Shown here: positions 39,101-48,252 of the stretch, piece by piece | Position numbering within the stretch: position 1 is the first letter of the stretch | How the letters are laid out: each line of letters opens with the position of its first letter | Source of the DNA: an uncultured Actinomycetes bacterium | GTDB taxonomy: Bacteria; Actinomycetota; UBA4738; HRBIN12 | DNA: 64,000 nucleotides | Reading direction: 5' to 3' | Assembly (NCBI GenBank): GCA_963794065.1 | Contig: CAWCDA010000043.1 | Coordinates: 10,576 to 74,575 of the forward strand | Notes under the pieces: model-generated | Told to the model about the DNA's origin: nothing | The model's database searches: none | What the model saw: only the letters and a program-made list of their open reading frames with translations | Program-made: the position numbers and the translations under genes

Positions 39101-41190
39101 CGATATTCGATGTCGAACGGCTCGCCCGTCTCGTTCGTTTCGACGGAGCGTTCGAGCACACGATCGCGATCCTCCGGGTGCAGCATCGTCACCCACAGAT
39201 CGGGGTCCAACAGGCGCTGTTCGGGCGTGTAACCGGTGAGCTGCTCGTATTGCGGGCTGATGTACAGAGCCGTGCTGCGATCGTCGACCGCGTCGGTGTA
39301 GACGGCGACCGGGAGCTGTTCGATCAGCGTGCGGTAGCGCTCCTCGGCCGTTTGCAGCCGTTCCTCGGCCTGCTTGCGCTCGGTGATGTCGTAGGCGACG
39401 CCTTGCCAGTACAAGGGCGAGCCCGCCGCGTCGCGGATCAGCCGGGCGTCGTTGTGGATCCAGATGACCTTGCCGTCCTTGTGGAGGGATCGGTAATCGA
39501 GGCTCCACTCGTCGCCGGCGTCCGCGGCGTTCGAGGCAACGACCCAATCCCGATCATCCGGATGCAGGCGCTGCTCCCACAGGGTCGGCTCGGCCATCCA
39601 CTCCTCCGGTGTGTAGCCGTAGACGGCCTCGATCTGCGGGCTGATGTAGAGGTTGACGCCCGTGTCGATCTCCTCGATGAATGTGATGGCCGGGAGCTGC
39701 TCCACGAGGGTGCGGAACCGATCCTCCGCGACGCTGAGCGCGACCTCGGCGTCGTGGCGAGCGGTGATGTCTGCGAAGGCCCCCTCGATCACCCGGGCTC
39801 CTTCGCGCTCGGTGATGACCGCTCGGTCGTGGACCCAGACCACGTCGCCATCGGGGCGGCGGAGGCGGTACTGCCGATCGAACGGAACGCCGGTCGTCTT
39901 CAGTTCCTCCCAGGCGGCGAGCACCACGTCGCGGTCCTCGTCGTGGATCAGTCGATCCCAGGTGTCGGCGTCCGCCAGCCACTCCAGCGCCGTCACGCCG
40001 ACGAGCCGGTAGATGCCCCCCGCGACCCAGCGATCGAAGGTGTCGCCCGCCTCGTCGAACGAGATCTGGTACGCGACGATCGGGAGGTGCTCAAGCAGCA
40101 GACGCCACCGCCGCTCTTCGGCTCGAACCTCGTCGGCCGCCGCTCGCTGCGCGGTGATGTCGATGATGACCCCCTGGTACATCGTCGCGCCGTGCGGTCC
40201 CGGTCCGATCGGGTTGGCGTCGTCGCGCACCCACAGCCAGTCGCTGCCGGCCGTGCGCAACCGGTACTCGGCGGAGAACGGCTCGCCGGCGTGGGTGGCG
40301 GCATCCCAGGCAGCGACGACGCGGTCGAGATCGTGCGGGTGGACACGGTCCGCCCAGGCGGTCGGATCGTCCAGCCAGGCCTGTGCGCTCACGCCGACGA
40401 GTTGTTCGATCTGCGGGCTGATGTAGTCGGCCGGCGCCGTCCCCTGGGTGAAGGCCGTGTCCCAGGAGTAGGCGATCGCCGGGACGCGCTCGACCAGCGT
40501 GCGAAATCGTCGTTCGGCGTCGGACGCCCGCGCCTCGGCTTCGATGCGTTCCGTGATGTCGAACATCACGCCCTGGGCGAGCGTTGGGCGCCCACCGGCG
40601 TCCGGTCGGTGGTAGTGGGACTCGTCGTGGATCCATCGCACCGCGCCGTCCGCACGCGTGATGCGGTACTCGGCGAGATAGGTGGTCGCGTTCCCGTCAG
40701 CCTGCGCAGAGATCGCGCGTACCCGCTCGAGGTCGTCGGGATGGATCTGTCCCGACCAATCGGCCGTGTGCTCGTCGGCGGTCACGCCGAAGAGGGTCTC
40801 GATCTGCGGGCTGATGAACAGGTACCGCCGCTCCGACGGGTCCCAGCTATACGACACCACCGGTGATTCGGCGATGAGGGCGCGGAGACGCTCGTCGGCG
40901 ATCTGACGTCGCTCGGCTTCGTCGCGCGCGCCTCGAGCGCGCCGGACCGCGATGACGGCGACCCCTCCGAGCGCGAGCAGGAGGAGGCCGACGAGCTCGT
41001 CGCCGCTCTCCATCCGGGTGAACAGCGGCTGGAAGCGGTCATAGACATCGAACGCGAAGCCAAGCAGGAACAGCGCGGCAACCGCCGCGATGACATAGAG
41101 GACGTCGCGGCGGGCCGCATCGGGCTCGGTCGGGTGTTTCGGCTCGGGTTCGGGCACGTCCCAAGAGATATCGGAGCCACGAGTGGCCAC
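36106..41190 (-). CDS. Membrane-anchored multi-sensor histidine kinase: 5 PAS, GAF, 4 PAS, HisKA, HATPase_c
   Basis: Nine PAS modules each open with E(R/E)R(Y/F)R(T)L(I/V)E.(L/V)P and contain YISPQ...HP(D/E)D. A GAF-like block sits between PAS5 and PAS6. The H-box is FLAAVSHELRSPL, and the G-boxes are DDGPGV and GTGIGLSLV. The start is uncertain: GTG 41190 includes two TM segments, and ATG 41013 is the alternative. The ORF extension to 41694 overlaps the E1 beta gene and is rejected. Confidence 0.88.
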   Translation of the reverse strand: MATRGSDISWDVPEPEPKHPTEPDAARRDVLYVIAAVAALFLLGFAFDVYDRFQPLFTRMESGDELVGLLLLALGGVAVIAVRRARGARDEAERRQIADERLRALIAESPVVSYSWDPSERRYLFISPQIETLFGVTADEHTADWSGQIHPDDLERVRAISAQADGNATTYLAEYRITRADGAVRWIHDESHYHRPDAGGRPTLAQGVMFDITERIEAEARASDAERRFRTLVERVPAIAYSWDTAFTQGTAPADYISPQIEQLVGVSAQAWLDDPTAWADRVHPHDLDRVVAAWDAATHAGEPFSAEYRLRTAGSDWLWVRDDANPIGPGPHGATMYQGVIIDITAQRAAADEVRAEERRWRLLLEHLPIVAYQISFDEAGDTFDRWVAGGIYRLVGVTALEWLADADTWDRLIHDEDRDVVLAAWEELKTTGVPFDRQYRLRRPDGDVVWVHDRAVITEREGARVIEGAFADITARHDAEVALSVAEDRFRTLVEQLPAITFIEEIDTGVNLYISPQIEAVYGYTPEEWMAEPTLWEQRLHPDDRDWVVASNAADAGDEWSLDYRSLHKDGKVIWIHNDARLIRDAAGSPLYWQGVAYDITERKQAEERLQTAEERYRTLIEQLPVAVYTDAVDDRSTALYISPQYEQLTGYTPEQRLLDPDLWVTMLHPEDRDRVLERSVETNETGEPFDIEYRIVTADGHTVWVHDHAMQVQDPSGQLRWHGVLQDITESKRSAETIARRDAILEATSFAAERFLRARSWRDHLPEVLARLGRAGQATRCAVFRNHPLPSGELGVSVVDAWLTDGHRLEDDRTLDGFAWASGGFERWVVEMSAGRPIHGTVDTFPSTERATLVDGALPVRSLVAIPISVDGAWWGYISFDHVDEDRRWSDADVEALSLTASTIGAAIERERAVHSLDEAQALYRTLIEQLPAVTYIEDMVTGDETYSSPQTTALLGYADEEWGPRDRWIAAVHPEDRERVLAEDDRASETGEPFRAEYRMLKKSGDVLWVRDEATLVHDAEGMPRYWQGVRFDITTEKEAERQLRQAEERYRQLVEEMPAISYLDEYEPDGDRWATRYISPQVETIFGYSPEEWLENPWRWRDMVHPDDRERASVADAAHYEHGEPLDIELRFIDREGRLHWLRDQAVIIRDDDRPRFSQGIIQDITDRKQAELAMLDAERRYRTLIESIPAVTYIDTLDEPWETIYVSPQVQSTFGFEPDAWRQQGLWLGRVHPDDTAVAREAMRAHAEELAPFDLEYRFQHADGQWLWVRDQAFIVRDDDGRPLFSQGVMYDITASKESEERLRDAEQRYRAIVEHVPAAIYLDRPDGAMETVYMSPQIVDIAGVTPEDWVADPALWLRLIDAEDRPAIEASYARAIRNREPWRAEYRIHTPDGRTVWLHDETTILLDADGAPLFLQGVVFDITERKLAEQALRESERRERDAAERLRALDDMKNTFLAAVSHELRSPLTSILGLSLTLERAPDIDGADRTDLLTRLSANAKKLDRLLKDLLDIDRLNRGIVEPQYRVTDVAALARRTVVHLDVLADREIIVHTDPVVIPIDPPKVERIIENLLTNAVRHTTADDRIWLTVAPHEGGVRISVEDDGPGVPVDIRRVIFEPFRQGPIQSTHSSGTGIGLSLVARFAELHGGSAWVDERAGGGAAFHVVIPGRVLEHVDGQADRTHADAG

Positions 41191-41228
41191 TGAACCGGGC
41201 CACGCCGGAAAGCGCCGAGGAGCCGGGA

Positions 41229-42218
41229 TCAGAAGTGAGCGAGGTCGCGCATCGCGACGTAGATGTGGTCCGGCTCGGGCTCGGTGTAATAGTGCTCGAG
41301 TGCTGCAGCGTAAGGCATGGCGGGGATATCGGGTCCGCCGATCCGCACGATGGGGGCGTCGAGGTCGAACATCGCGCGCTCGGCGATCGTCGCGGCGATC
41401 TCGGCGCCCGCACCGTAGGTGCGATTGTCCTCGTACACGATCAGCGCGCGAGCGGTCGCCCGCACCGATGCCAGGATCGCCTCCTCGTCCAGGGGGGCGA
41501 GGGTTCGCACATCGACGACCTCGACCTCGATCCCTTCTTCCGCTGCCAGCCGATCCGCGGCCTCGAGGCAGCGGTGAACCTCGTACCCGTAGGTGATCAC
41601 CGACAGATCGGTCCCGGCGCGCTTCACGTCCGCGCGCCCGATCGTGTCCAGATGGTCGCCGTCCGGCACCTCCCCTGTGATCGCCCGGTAACACTTCTTG
41701 TGCTCCAGGAAGATGACCGGGTCGGGGTCACGGATCGACGCGCGGAGCAATCCTGCCGCGTCGGCAGGCGTCGAGGGCATCACGACCTTGAGACCCGGCA
41801 CGTGGGCGTAGAATGCCTCGATCGACTGGGAGTGGTACAGCGCGCCGTGGATGCCGCCCCCGCACGGCGCCCGAACCACCATCGGGCATCCCCAGTCCCC
41901 GTTCGTGCGGTACCGCATGCGCGCCGCCTCCGACACGATCTGGTCGAACGCCGGGTGGATGAAGTCGGCGAATTCGATCTCTGCGACAGGGATCATCCCG
42001 TGCAGCGCCATCCCGATCGCCACGCCGACGATGCCGGACTCCGCGAGCGGCGTGTCGATCACGCGGTCCTCGCCGAACTCCTCCATGAACCCCTGCGAGA
42101 CCTTGAAGACACCACCGCGGGTGCCGACGTCCTCGCCGAGCAAGACGATCCGATCGTCGGCCGCCATCTCGGCTTGCAGGGTGTCGCGGATCGCCGTGAC
42201 GACGTTGACCGAGCTCAT
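41229..42218 (-). CDS. 2-oxoacid dehydrogenase E1 component, beta subunit (BCKDH-like)
   Basis: It is 329 aa from the internal ATG. The sequence reads VLLGEDVGTRGGVFKVSQGF...VIDTPLAESGIVG...EIEFADF. The ATGA overlaps the stop of the alpha gene. Confidence 0.9.
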   Translation of the reverse strand: MSSVNVVTAIRDTLQAEMAADDRIVLLGEDVGTRGGVFKVSQGFMEEFGEDRVIDTPLAESGIVGVAIGMALHGMIPVAEIEFADFIHPAFDQIVSEAARMRYRTNGDWGCPMVVRAPCGGGIHGALYHSQSIEAFYAHVPGLKVVMPSTPADAAGLLRASIRDPDPVIFLEHKKCYRAITGEVPDGDHLDTIGRADVKRAGTDLSVITYGYEVHRCLEAADRLAAEEGIEVEVVDVRTLAPLDEEAILASVRATARALIVYEDNRTYGAGAEIAATIAERAMFDLDAPIVRIGGPDIPAMPYAAALEHYYTEPEPDHIYVAMRDLAHF

Positions 42219-43228
42219 GCGCCGTCGTCCGCGAACACATGGTCGAGCACCGTTCCCGGATCGGGGTCGGGCGCCTCCCACGCCGCCGCGATCGCCGTCT
42301 CGACCTCCGTCTTGACCTCGTCGTGCAACGCCTGCATGCGTTCGTCGTCCCAGAGGCCCTGTGCGATCAGATAGGCCGTGAATCGATCGATGGGGTCGTG
42401 GTGTCTGTGCTCGTCCACCTCCTCGCGCGACCGATAGGACTTGTCATCGTCATCGGAGGTATGCGGCAGGTACCGATACGTCTTGCACTCGATCAGGGTC
42501 GGCCCTTCACCGGCGATCGCACGCGCGCGCGCCGTCTGCATCGCCGCATAGCACGCGAGGACGTCGCTCCCGTCCACGACGACCCCGGGCATGCCGTAGC
42601 CCTCGGCCCGGCTGGCTACGTCGCGCACCGCCATCTGCTTGTCCTGCCGAACACTGATCGCGTACTCGTTGTTCTCGCACACGAACAGCACCGGCAGATG
42701 ATGGATCGCCGCGAAGTTGAGCCCCTCGTGCCAATCGCCCTCGCTCGTCGCACCCTCGCCGAACCACGACGCCACCACGCCCTCTTCGTTCCGGTAGCGC
42801 ATCGCGTATGCGATCCCTACCGCATGGGGGATCTGCGTCGCGATCGGGGAGGAGTGGCTGATGATGCCCAGGCGCTTGCTGCCCCAGTGGCTCGGCATCT
42901 GCCGGCCGCCGGAGCTCGGGTCGTCCGCCTTGGAGAACACACCGAGGAAGACCTCGTAAGGGGTGAGACCGGCGACCAACACGACGCCCAGGTCGCGGTA
43001 GTACGGGACCCAGACGTCGACGCCCGGCCGCAGGGCCGCGGCGGTGCCGATCTGGCACCCCTCGTGTCCGGAGACCGGGACGACGAACGGCGCGCGGCCC
43101 ATCCGGTTCTGGCGGAACGACGCCTCATCGATCAGGCGCGCCGTGAGCATCTGACGCTGCATGCAGAGCAGGTCATCGGTCGTGAGCCCGAGCGCCTCGT
43201 GTGGCGCCTCGGTCACCTGAGCGGACAC
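42215..43228 (-). CDS. 2-oxoacid dehydrogenase E1 component, alpha subunit (TPP-dependent, BCKDH-like)
   Basis: The GTG at 43228 is preceded by GAGGAGG. Motifs: SGGRQMPSHWG, FGEGATSEGDWHEGLNFA and CENNEYAIS. Confidence 0.88.
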   Translation of the reverse strand: MSAQVTEAPHEALGLTTDDLLCMQRQMLTARLIDEASFRQNRMGRAPFVVPVSGHEGCQIGTAAALRPGVDVWVPYYRDLGVVLVAGLTPYEVFLGVFSKADDPSSGGRQMPSHWGSKRLGIISHSSPIATQIPHAVGIAYAMRYRNEEGVVASWFGEGATSEGDWHEGLNFAAIHHLPVLFVCENNEYAISVRQDKQMAVRDVASRAEGYGMPGVVVDGSDVLACYAAMQTARARAIAGEGPTLIECKTYRYLPHTSDDDDKSYRSREEVDEHRHHDPIDRFTAYLIAQGLWDDERMQALHDEVKTEVETAIAAAWEAPDPDPGTVLDHVFADDGA

Positions 43229-43299
43229 CTCGAGCCTCCTCGCACCCTGTGCGGAGTCTACACCCGGGCTGGTTCCCGGTTCCCTCACACGGGTTCCAG

Positions 43300-43328
43300 T
43301 TGGCACCCATACCCCCTAGGGGTATCAT
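43300..43328 (+). promoter_or_regulatory. Sigma-70-like promoter (TTGGCA-17-TATCAT) with an embedded CsoR-type operator ATACCCC-CTA-GGGGTAT
   Basis: The inverted repeat at 43309-43325 has 7-nt arms that are exact reverse complements. It fills the spacer and the -10 of the putative promoter, 36 nt upstream of the YHS gene that heads the csoR-copA cassette. Confidence 0.7.
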
Positions 43329-43360
43329 CGATAAGGCGATCAGGATCGGAGGGATCAGGC

Positions 43361-43528
43361 ATGCACACTGACCCGGTCTGCGGGATGTCGGTCGAGGCGG
43401 CCTCGGCCGCTGCGGCGTGGGAGCACGATGGCGAGACCTACTACTTCTGCTCCGTGGGCTGCATGGAGCGGTTCAGACAGGACCCGACGCGTTTCGTCTC
43501 GATGGAGCCGACCGATCGATCGATGTGA
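43361..43528 (+). CDS. YHS/TRASH-domain metal-binding protein
   Basis: The product is 55 aa. DPVCGMSV...YYFCSVGCMERF is the YHS pattern. GGAGGG lies upstream. Confidence 0.75.
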   Translation: MHTDPVCGMSVEAASAAAAWEHDGETYYFCSVGCMERFRQDPTRFVSMEPTDRSM

Positions 43529-43562
43529 GGAACCCCCCCCGGGGTAGGACGAAAGGGACGGC

Positions 43563-43838
43563 ATGTACGGCTACGCGACGAAGAAGGACGACCTGTACTC
43601 GCGCCTTCGCAAGATCGAGGGCCAGGTGCGCGGCCTGCAGCGCATGGTCGACGAGGATCAGTACTGCCTGGACATCCTCACGCAGGTGAACTCGGTCACC
43701 GCCGCGCTTCGGGCGGTCGGCATGGGCCTGCTCGACGACCACGTCCGGCATTGCGTGGCCGAAAGCATCGCGGCCGGTGACGGCGAGGCCAAGATCCAAG
43801 AGCTCATGGCCGCCGTTGCGCGGTTCTCGGGGAAGTGA
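43563..43838 (+). CDS. csoR: CsoR-family copper-sensing transcriptional repressor
   Basis: The product is 91 aa. It reads [16 protein letters not shown] and has the C-H-C ligand set (YCLDILTQ...HVRHC). Confidence 0.9.
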   Translation: MYGYATKKDDLYSRLRKIEGQVRGLQRMVDEDQYCLDILTQVNSVTAALRAVGMGLLDDHVRHCVAESIAAGDGEAKIQELMAAVARFSGK

Positions 43839-43842
43839 CGCC

Positions 43843-46008
43843 ATGGAGACACGCGAACTGGTGCTCGATATCGATGGGATGACCTGCGCGTCGTGCGTCC
43901 AGAAGGTCGAGCGGGCCCTCGGTGAAGTCGAGGGCGTCCAGGCGGCGGCGGTCAATCTGGCGACACGGACCGCGACCGTGCGGGGCGAGGTCGACGGGCT
44001 GGATCCCCTCATCGGCGCGGTCTCCAGGGTTGGCTACGGCGCGCGGCCGCACGACGACGATCGGGACCCCGCGGCGGAGGAACGAAGCTACCGTCGCCGG
44101 CTCCTCGTGGCGGCACCGCTCACGCTCGCGATCCTCGCGCTGACGTTCGTGGCGCGGGACGGACGGGACGCCGGTGTCGTGAGCTGGTGTCTTGCCACAC
44201 CGGTGGTCTTCTGGGCGGGATGGCCGTTCCTGCGGAACGCGGCCCGCTCGGCGCGACACGGCTCGACGACGATGGACACCCTGATCGCGCTCGGCGCGCT
44301 GTCGGCCTACCTGTACTCGGCGTGGATGGTGTGGGACGCGACGTTCGGTCCGGCCGCCGGATCCGGTGGCGACACGATGGCGTACTTCGATACCGCGGCG
44401 GTGATCATCACCTTGATCCTCGTCGGCAAGATGCTCGAGGCGCGTGCGCGGTCGGCGGCATCGGACGCCTCGCGTGCGCTGCTGGAGCGAGGAGCCAAGA
44501 CCGCGACGGTGCTCGAGGCGGACGGCGCCGAGCGTTCGATCCCGATCGAGGAGTTGCGACCGGGCATGCGCGTCGTCGTGTTGCCGGGCGAGAAGATCCC
44601 GGCGGACGGCGTCGTGAAGGACGGGGTGTCCTGGGTCGATCTCTCGCTGCTGACGGGCGAATCGGTTCCGGTCGACGTCGCGCCGGGCAGCGAGGTCGTG
44701 GGGGCGTCGATCAACGGTCGCGGCCGCCTGGTGGTCTTCGTCACGACGGTCGGCGCCAACACGAAGCTCGCCGAGATCGTGCGGCTCCTCCAGGCCGCGC
44801 AAGCGTCGAAGGCCCCGGTGCAACGGCTGGCGGATCGGATCTCCTCCGTGTTCGTCCCCATCGTGCTAGCGCTCGCCGCCGGAACGTTCGCGGGGTGGAT
44901 CGTGCTCGCGGGCGAGACGCCAGGTCAGGCGCTGCTCCACGCGACCGCGGTGCTGCTGATCGCGTGCCCGTGCGCGCTCGGGTTGGCCACACCCGCCGCG
45001 ATCATGGCCGGCACCGGCAGGGCGGCGGAGCTCGGGGTGCTGTTCGCAGGTGGCGAGGTGTTCGAGTCCGCCCGCTCCGTCGACACCGTGCTGATGGACA
45101 AGACGGGGACCGTGACGCAGGGCGCGATGGAGCTCGACGGGGTGATCGCCGTCAACGGCGCAACGGAGAACGAGGTGCTCGCCTGGGCCGCCGCGGCCGA
45201 GTCCGGTTCGGAGCATCCGATCGCCCGAGCCGTCGTTGGCGCGGCGCGAGCTCGCGGTCTCGCGATCCCGAGCGGGACCGACGCGCTCGTGGAGCCCGGC
45301 GCCGGGGCGACTGTGCTCGTGGATGGCCAGGTCGTGCGGGTCGGCCGCGCTCTCGACGTGCCGCCCGCGATGCTCGAGATGGCCGACGAGCGAGCCGGGC
45401 TCGGGCTGACCCCGTTCGCCGTGTGGCGCGACGGCGTCCCCTACGGCCTGGTGACCGTCGCCGACACCGTAAAGCCCGAGGCGGCCCAGGCGATCGCGCG
45501 ACTGCATCGGCTCGGGCTCTCGGTCGAGATGGTGACCGGCGACCGTGCCTCGACGGCCGAGGCGATCGCATCGCAGATCGGTATCGACCGCGTGGTGGCT
45601 GACGTGCTGCCGCAAGAGAAGGTCGAGGCGGTGCGACGTGCGCAGGCCGACGGACGCCGGGTCGCCTTCGTCGGGGACGGTCTGAACGACGCTCCCGCCC
45701 TCGCCGCGGCGACCGTCGGCATCGCGATGGGTACCGGCACCGACGTCGCGATCGCCGCCGCCGACGTCACGCTGCTCGGGGGTTCCCTGCGTTCCGTGCC
45801 CGTCGCGCTTGACCTGGCACGGCGCACGTACCGGATCATCCAGGAGAACCTGTTCTGGGCGTTCGTGTACAACGTCGTGATGATCCCGCTCGCCGTGTTC
45901 GGGGTGCTCGACCCGACGTGGGCGGCGGCGGCGATGGCCGTGTCGAGCGTCACGGTGGTGCTGAACGCGCTCCGCCTGCGCCGCTTCGGACGAAGCGAGA
46001 GCCCGTAG
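43843..46008 (+). CDS. copA: Copper-translocating P1B-type ATPase
   Basis: It has an N-terminal HMA domain (GMTCASCV), TM CPC ([10 protein letters not shown]), and the motifs DKTGTVT, TGD and [10 protein letters not shown]. It is 721 aa. Confidence 0.95.
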   Translation: METRELVLDIDGMTCASCVQKVERALGEVEGVQAAAVNLATRTATVRGEVDGLDPLIGAVSRVGYGARPHDDDRDPAAEERSYRRRLLVAAPLTLAILALTFVARDGRDAGVVSWCLATPVVFWAGWPFLRNAARSARHGSTTMDTLIALGALSAYLYSAWMVWDATFGPAAGSGGDTMAYFDTAAVIITLILVGKMLEARARSAASDASRALLERGAKTATVLEADGAERSIPIEELRPGMRVVVLPGEKIPADGVVKDGVSWVDLSLLTGESVPVDVAPGSEVVGASINGRGRLVVFVTTVGANTKLAEIVRLLQAAQASKAPVQRLADRISSVFVPIVLALAAGTFAGWIVLAGETPGQALLHATAVLLIACPCALGLATPAAIMAGTGRAAELGVLFAGGEVFESARSVDTVLMDKTGTVTQGAMELDGVIAVNGATENEVLAWAAAAESGSEHPIARAVVGAARARGLAIPSGTDALVEPGAGATVLVDGQVVRVGRALDVPPAMLEMADERAGLGLTPFAVWRDGVPYGLVTVADTVKPEAAQAIARLHRLGLSVEMVTGDRASTAEAIASQIGIDRVVADVLPQEKVEAVRRAQADGRRVAFVGDGLNDAPALAAATVGIAMGTGTDVAIAAADVTLLGGSLRSVPVALDLARRTYRIIQENLFWAFVYNVVMIPLAVFGVLDPTWAAAAMAVSSVTVVLNALRLRRFGRSESP

Positions 46009-46009
46009 C

Positions 46010-46810
46010 ATGGATGCCATGACCAACGTGATCGAAGTAACCGACGAGACCTTCGAGCAGGTCGTGATCGAGGGGTCGAAGCAGGCCCCCGTCGTGGTCG
46101 ACCTGTGGGCCACATGGTGCGGTCCGTGCCGCACCCTCGGGCCCATGCTCGAGAAGGTGGCCCAGGAGCGCGACGGCGCCTTCACCCTGGCGAAGATCGA
46201 TGTCGACGCGCAGCAGGTCGGCAACGCGCTGCTCTCGGCCGTCCAGTCTCAAAGCATCCCGACCGTGATCGCATTCCGCGACGGAGAGCCGGTGAGCATG
46301 TTCATCGGCGCCTACCCGGAGACCGAACTCAACCGTTTCGTGGACTCGATCCTGCCGTCGGAGGCCGAACGCGAGGCCGAGGTAGCCGCCGAGGTGCTGG
46401 AGGCGGGGGACACCGCCGAGGCGGAGGCGGGCTTCCGTGACGCCTTGACCAAGGAATCCGGCAATCGGGAGGCCGCTCTCGGGCTCGCGCGCATCCTCTT
46501 GGCGCGCGGAGCGTTCGACGAGGCCAGACCCCTCGTGATGCAGCATCTGCCCGATCCCGAGGCGGAGCACCTGCACGCGCAGCTGGAAGTGGCGGAATGG
46601 GCCCAGGAGCCGGCCGCGGGCACGCTCGGCGCGGCGAAGCGAGCCGCGGCAGCGGGGGACTGGTCGGGCGCCCTCGACGGCATGATCGCCGCGTTGGCCG
46701 ACGACCGCGACGCCGCCCGCCAGGCGCTCGTCACCGCGTTCGCAGCCTTGGGGGACGACGACCCGCTGGTGCCGGAGTACCGTCGCCGGCTTGCAGCGGC
46801 TCTCTTCTAG
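46010..46810 (+). CDS. Thioredoxin-domain protein with TPR-like C-terminal domain (YbbN/CnoX-like)
   Basis: The active site is WATWCGPC in a thioredoxin fold, followed by ~150 aa of helical TPR-like repeats. It starts 2 nt after the copA stop. Confidence 0.85.
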   Translation: MDAMTNVIEVTDETFEQVVIEGSKQAPVVVDLWATWCGPCRTLGPMLEKVAQERDGAFTLAKIDVDAQQVGNALLSAVQSQSIPTVIAFRDGEPVSMFIGAYPETELNRFVDSILPSEAEREAEVAAEVLEAGDTAEAEAGFRDALTKESGNREAALGLARILLARGAFDEARPLVMQHLPDPEAEHLHAQLEVAEWAQEPAAGTLGAAKRAAAAGDWSGALDGMIAALADDRDAARQALVTAFAALGDDDPLVPEYRRRLAAALF

Positions 46811-47566
46811 ATGGCGCAACCCTCGAGTCATCCGCACGACCGGATCCGCGCGTGGTGGGATGCCGACGCGCACGTCTACGACGAGTCGGCTGGCCATGCG
46901 CTCTCCGATCCCGTCGAGGCCGCCGCGTGGCGGCGCGTGCTGGAGCGCACGCTCCCGCCGGCGCCCGCCCGGGTGCTCGACGCCGGGACGGGAACCGGGT
47001 CGCTCGCGATCGCGGCCGCGGAGCTCGGGTACGCCGTGACGGGCGTGGACCTGTCCGAGGGGATGTTGGAGCGAGCCCGGGCCAAGGCCACGGAGCGACG
47101 GATCGAGATCGACTTCACGCTTGGCGCGGCCGAGGCGCCCCCTGTCGGACCCTTCGATGCCGTCATCGAGCGCCACGTGCTGTGGACGATCCCGGACCCG
47201 GTCGCGGCGCTCGAGGCCTGGCGGTCCGTCGCCGCGCCCGGCGGCCGTCTGGTTCTGCTCGAGGGTTCCTGGGGCGGGGAAGGTCCGTTCGTGGCGGTGG
47301 CCGACGCCGCCGCCGTGCTCGTGGAGCGTGTCTTCGGGATCGGCGAGCACCACCACGCGACCTATCCCGACGATCTCCCGCTCCCGTTGCAGGGGTTGCA
47401 CGACCCAGGCCCGTTCGTGGCCGCCGTCGCATCGGCTGGATGGGAGCGGATCCGCCTTGCGCGCTTGCGGGACGTCGAGTGGGCGATCGAGCGGCGGCAG
47501 CCCTGGCCCTTGGGACCGCTGACCCGCAGACCCCGCTACGCGATCATCGCCGACGCGCCGCGCTGA
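46811..47566 (+). CDS. Class I SAM-dependent methyltransferase
   Basis: Motif I is VLDAGTGTGSLA, followed by GVDLSEGML. It starts immediately after the preceding stop. Confidence 0.8.
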   Translation: MAQPSSHPHDRIRAWWDADAHVYDESAGHALSDPVEAAAWRRVLERTLPPAPARVLDAGTGTGSLAIAAAELGYAVTGVDLSEGMLERARAKATERRIEIDFTLGAAEAPPVGPFDAVIERHVLWTIPDPVAALEAWRSVAAPGGRLVLLEGSWGGEGPFVAVADAAAVLVERVFGIGEHHHATYPDDLPLPLQGLHDPGPFVAAVASAGWERIRLARLRDVEWAIERRQPWPLGPLTRRPRYAIIADAPR

Positions 47567-48252
47567 CCGCCGAACCCCGAGGCGACGCCGGCGGGCGCGG
47601 GCACGAACTCGAGTCCGAAGATCTGGGCGAGGTGTCCTTCGAGCAACGGCCGCACCTCGTCCACCGTCACGTCGCGATCGAGCAGGCGTGCGAGCGAGGT
47701 GACGCCGTGGTCGGGGAGCCCGCACGCCACGATGCCGTCGAACCACGACAGGTCCGTGTCGCAGTTGAGGGCGAAGCCGTGCAACGTCACGCGCGTCCGG
47801 AGCAGCCGGACGCCGATCGCGCAAACCTTCTCGTCCCCGGCCCAGACGCCGGTCTGGACGTCGTCCCGCCGCGTGACGGCGACGCCGAGATCGGCGCAGG
47901 TGCGGATCACGACCTCCTCCAACCGGCGGAGATACGCGGCGGCGTCCGGCTTCGTCCCGAGCCCCAGGATCGGATACCCCACCAACTGACCCGGCCCGTG
48001 GAACGTGAAGGAGCCGCCTCGGTCGATCCGACGGACGAGGCCGCCGCGGGCCTCGACGCTCGTCTCGTCCCACAGGAGCTCGTCGTCCTTCGCGCGGCGG
48101 CCCGCGGTGAACACGGGCGGATGCTCCAGCAAGATCACGGTGTCCGGGATCTCCCCGGCGAGTCGCCGCTCGGCGAGCGCATGCATGGCCCCGTTGGCGC
48201 GGTCATACGGCACCGGACCCACCGGCGTCACGAGCCAGGCGGGAGCCGGCAT
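47536..48252 (-). CDS. lipB: Lipoyl(octanoyl) transferase
   Basis: The sequence reads LLEHPPVFTAG...RGGSFTFHGPGQLVGYPI...KVCAIGV. The ATG overlaps the E2 stop (TGATG). Confidence 0.9.
   Translation of the reverse strand: MPAPAWLVTPVGPVPYDRANGAMHALAERRLAGEIPDTVILLEHPPVFTAGRRAKDDELLWDETSVEARGGLVRRIDRGGSFTFHGPGQLVGYPILGLGTKPDAAAYLRRLEEVVIRTCADLGVAVTRRDDVQTGVWAGDEKVCAIGVRLLRTRVTLHGFALNCDTDLSWFDGIVACGLPDHGVTSLARLLDRDVTVDEVRPLLEGHLAQIFGLEFVPAPAGVASGFGGQRGASAMIA

Noticed and set aside
43300-47566. The copper cassette as a horizontally acquired island or mobile element.
   Set aside because: There is no integrase, transposase, tRNA target or flanking direct repeat. Base composition and codon style are indistinguishable from the neighbouring genes.
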